Origin: an uncultured Janthinobacterium sp.
GTDB taxonomy: Bacteria > Vulcanimicrobiota > Vulcanimicrobiia > Vulcanimicrobiales > Vulcanimicrobiaceae
Assembly (NCBI GenBank): GCA_964658025.1
Contig: CAZZXB010000057.1
Location: forward strand, 1-17,971
DNA length: 17,971 bases
Reading direction: 5' to 3'
The notes beneath the pieces are model-generated. The model saw only the letters and a list, made by a program, of their open reading frames with translations, had not been told where the DNA came from and did no database searches. Of the stretch, positions 17,117-17,971 are shown one piece after another. Every line of letters starts with the position of its first letter. Positions within the stretch are counted from its first letter, which is position 1. Made by a program: the position numbers and the translations under genes.

Positions 17117-17788
17117 GTGAAACGCATCGTCTCGCTCGCGGCTTCGGTCGCCCTGCTCTCCGCCGCGCTCGCCGCGTGCAGTAACGATCCGACGCTCAGC
17201 AATAACGCCGACACGACGGGTGCGAACCTGACGTTCTTGCAGATCGATCGGCTCGGCAAACCCGGCATCAAAGAACTCTATCTGCCGTACGCGCAGCACG
17301 CGACGTACGATCAGGCGATCCCGCAAACCGACGGCACCGCGTACGGTCCGAGCGTCGCGTCGTTCGTGACGGGTACCGCCGGCCGCAGCGCCGCGATCGG
17401 CGGATACGTCGCGGCGCTCCTCCTCCCGGACGCGCTCGTCGCGAATCTCGCCAACGGCGCGACCACGGCGAGTTACCTCGGCTGGGAGACGGGCGGACGG
17501 TTCACGACGTCGTGCACCGGGACCGCCCCGACGGCATTCGGCGGTCGCAGCCCGCTCGACGACGTCGTCGACGTCGATCTCGGTCTCGCGTTCGGCAACC
17601 TCGCGACGACGTCGTATACGGCGGGTTCCGTCGGCACGCCGGGCCTGACGGGCGTCACGCCCGTCGCCGACGACGGTCGCGAACAGAACGGAACCGGCGG
17701 CCGCCCGTTGCTCTCGAGCGACGGCGTCGGGTGCGGCACGAAAACGATCATGACGACGCAGTTTCCGTATCTCCAGCCCCCCGTCTGA
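17117..17788 (+). CDS. Lipoprotein, DUF4331-like C-terminal half, copy 2 (paralog of 14277-14861), 223 aa
   Basis: GTG 17117 after GGGAG; lipobox LAA|C; QIDRLGKPGIKE, YLGWETG, FGGRSPLDDVV, DDGREQN, FPYLQPPV align with copy 1. Confidence 0.8.
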   Translation: MKRIVSLAASVALLSAALAACSNDPTLSNNADTTGANLTFLQIDRLGKPGIKELYLPYAQHATYDQAIPQTDGTAYGPSVASFVTGTAGRSAAIGGYVAALLLPDALVANLANGATTASYLGWETGGRFTTSCTGTAPTAFGGRSPLDDVVDVDLGLAFGNLATTSYTAGSVGTPGLTGVTPVADDGREQNGTGGRPLLSSDGVGCGTKTIMTTQFPYLQPPV

Positions 17789-17858
17789 GCGGCAGGGGTC
17801 GGGTCTCCGGAACCGTATCTACATCGGTCGGCCGGTGCCTCGGCATCGGCCTCTTCGT

Positions 17859-17934
17859 GGGGATGTAGCTCAGCTGGTAGAGCACTTGCTTCGCATGTAA
17901 GGGGTCAGGAGTTCGAGTCTCCTCATCTCCACCA
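17859..17934 (+). tRNA. tRNA-Ala, anticodon CGC
   Basis: 76 nt; acceptor stem GGGGATG/CATCTCC with G3:U70 Ala determinant; D-arm GCTC/GAGC; anticodon loop TT-CGC-AT (17892-17894); TTCGA T-loop; encoded 3' CCA. Confidence 0.97.
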
Positions 17935-17938
17935 CCGA

Positions 17939-17971
17939 AAGAACCCCGTCACGACGGGGTTCTTCGATTTT
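17939..17971 (+). terminator. Rho-independent terminator after tRNA-Ala
   Basis: AAGAACCCCGT(17939-17949)-CACG-ACGGGGTTCTT(17954-17964), followed by CGATTTT running to the window edge. Confidence 0.8.

Noticed and set aside
10891..17934. Metal cluster as a tRNA-integrated genomic island
   Set aside because: It lies 5' of the tRNA; no integrase and no duplicated tRNA fragment seen. The slightly higher AT content in the DUF4331-like genes is explainable by Asn/Thr/Phe-rich composition.

Overview
High-GC bacterial chromosomal window, tightly packed with six ATGA/GTGA start-stop overlaps; no CRISPR array, integrase or transposase seen. Left half is metabolic: biotin carboxylase/BCCP fusion plus HMG-CoA lyase (leucine-catabolism-like), a Cys-less class V PLP enzyme, a GT4 glycosyltransferase, a membrane-anchored hypothetical, purK/purE on the minus strand, a cytoplasmic GH5-type hydrolase and an SDR with a repeat linker and an extra C-terminal domain. 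Right half is the interesting part. A TetR regulator with an extra N-terminal beta-domain points away from a 7-gene same-strand cluster (10891-17788): an RcnA-like His-rich Ni/Co transporter with an exported His1 domain, a HoxN/NixA-type NiCoT permease, a DUF4331-like protein split into a secreted N-half and a lipoprotein C-half, a TPR protein, and a second split pair. Copy 1 keeps an ATCUN-like Ser-Asp-His N-terminus, DPFxFD and a C-terminal His; copy 2 has lost all of these. I infer an uncharacterised cell-envelope metal (probably Ni/Co) capture or metalloprotein system. The window ends with tRNA-Ala(CGC) and its terminator. All family assignments come from motif recognition by eye, not database searches.
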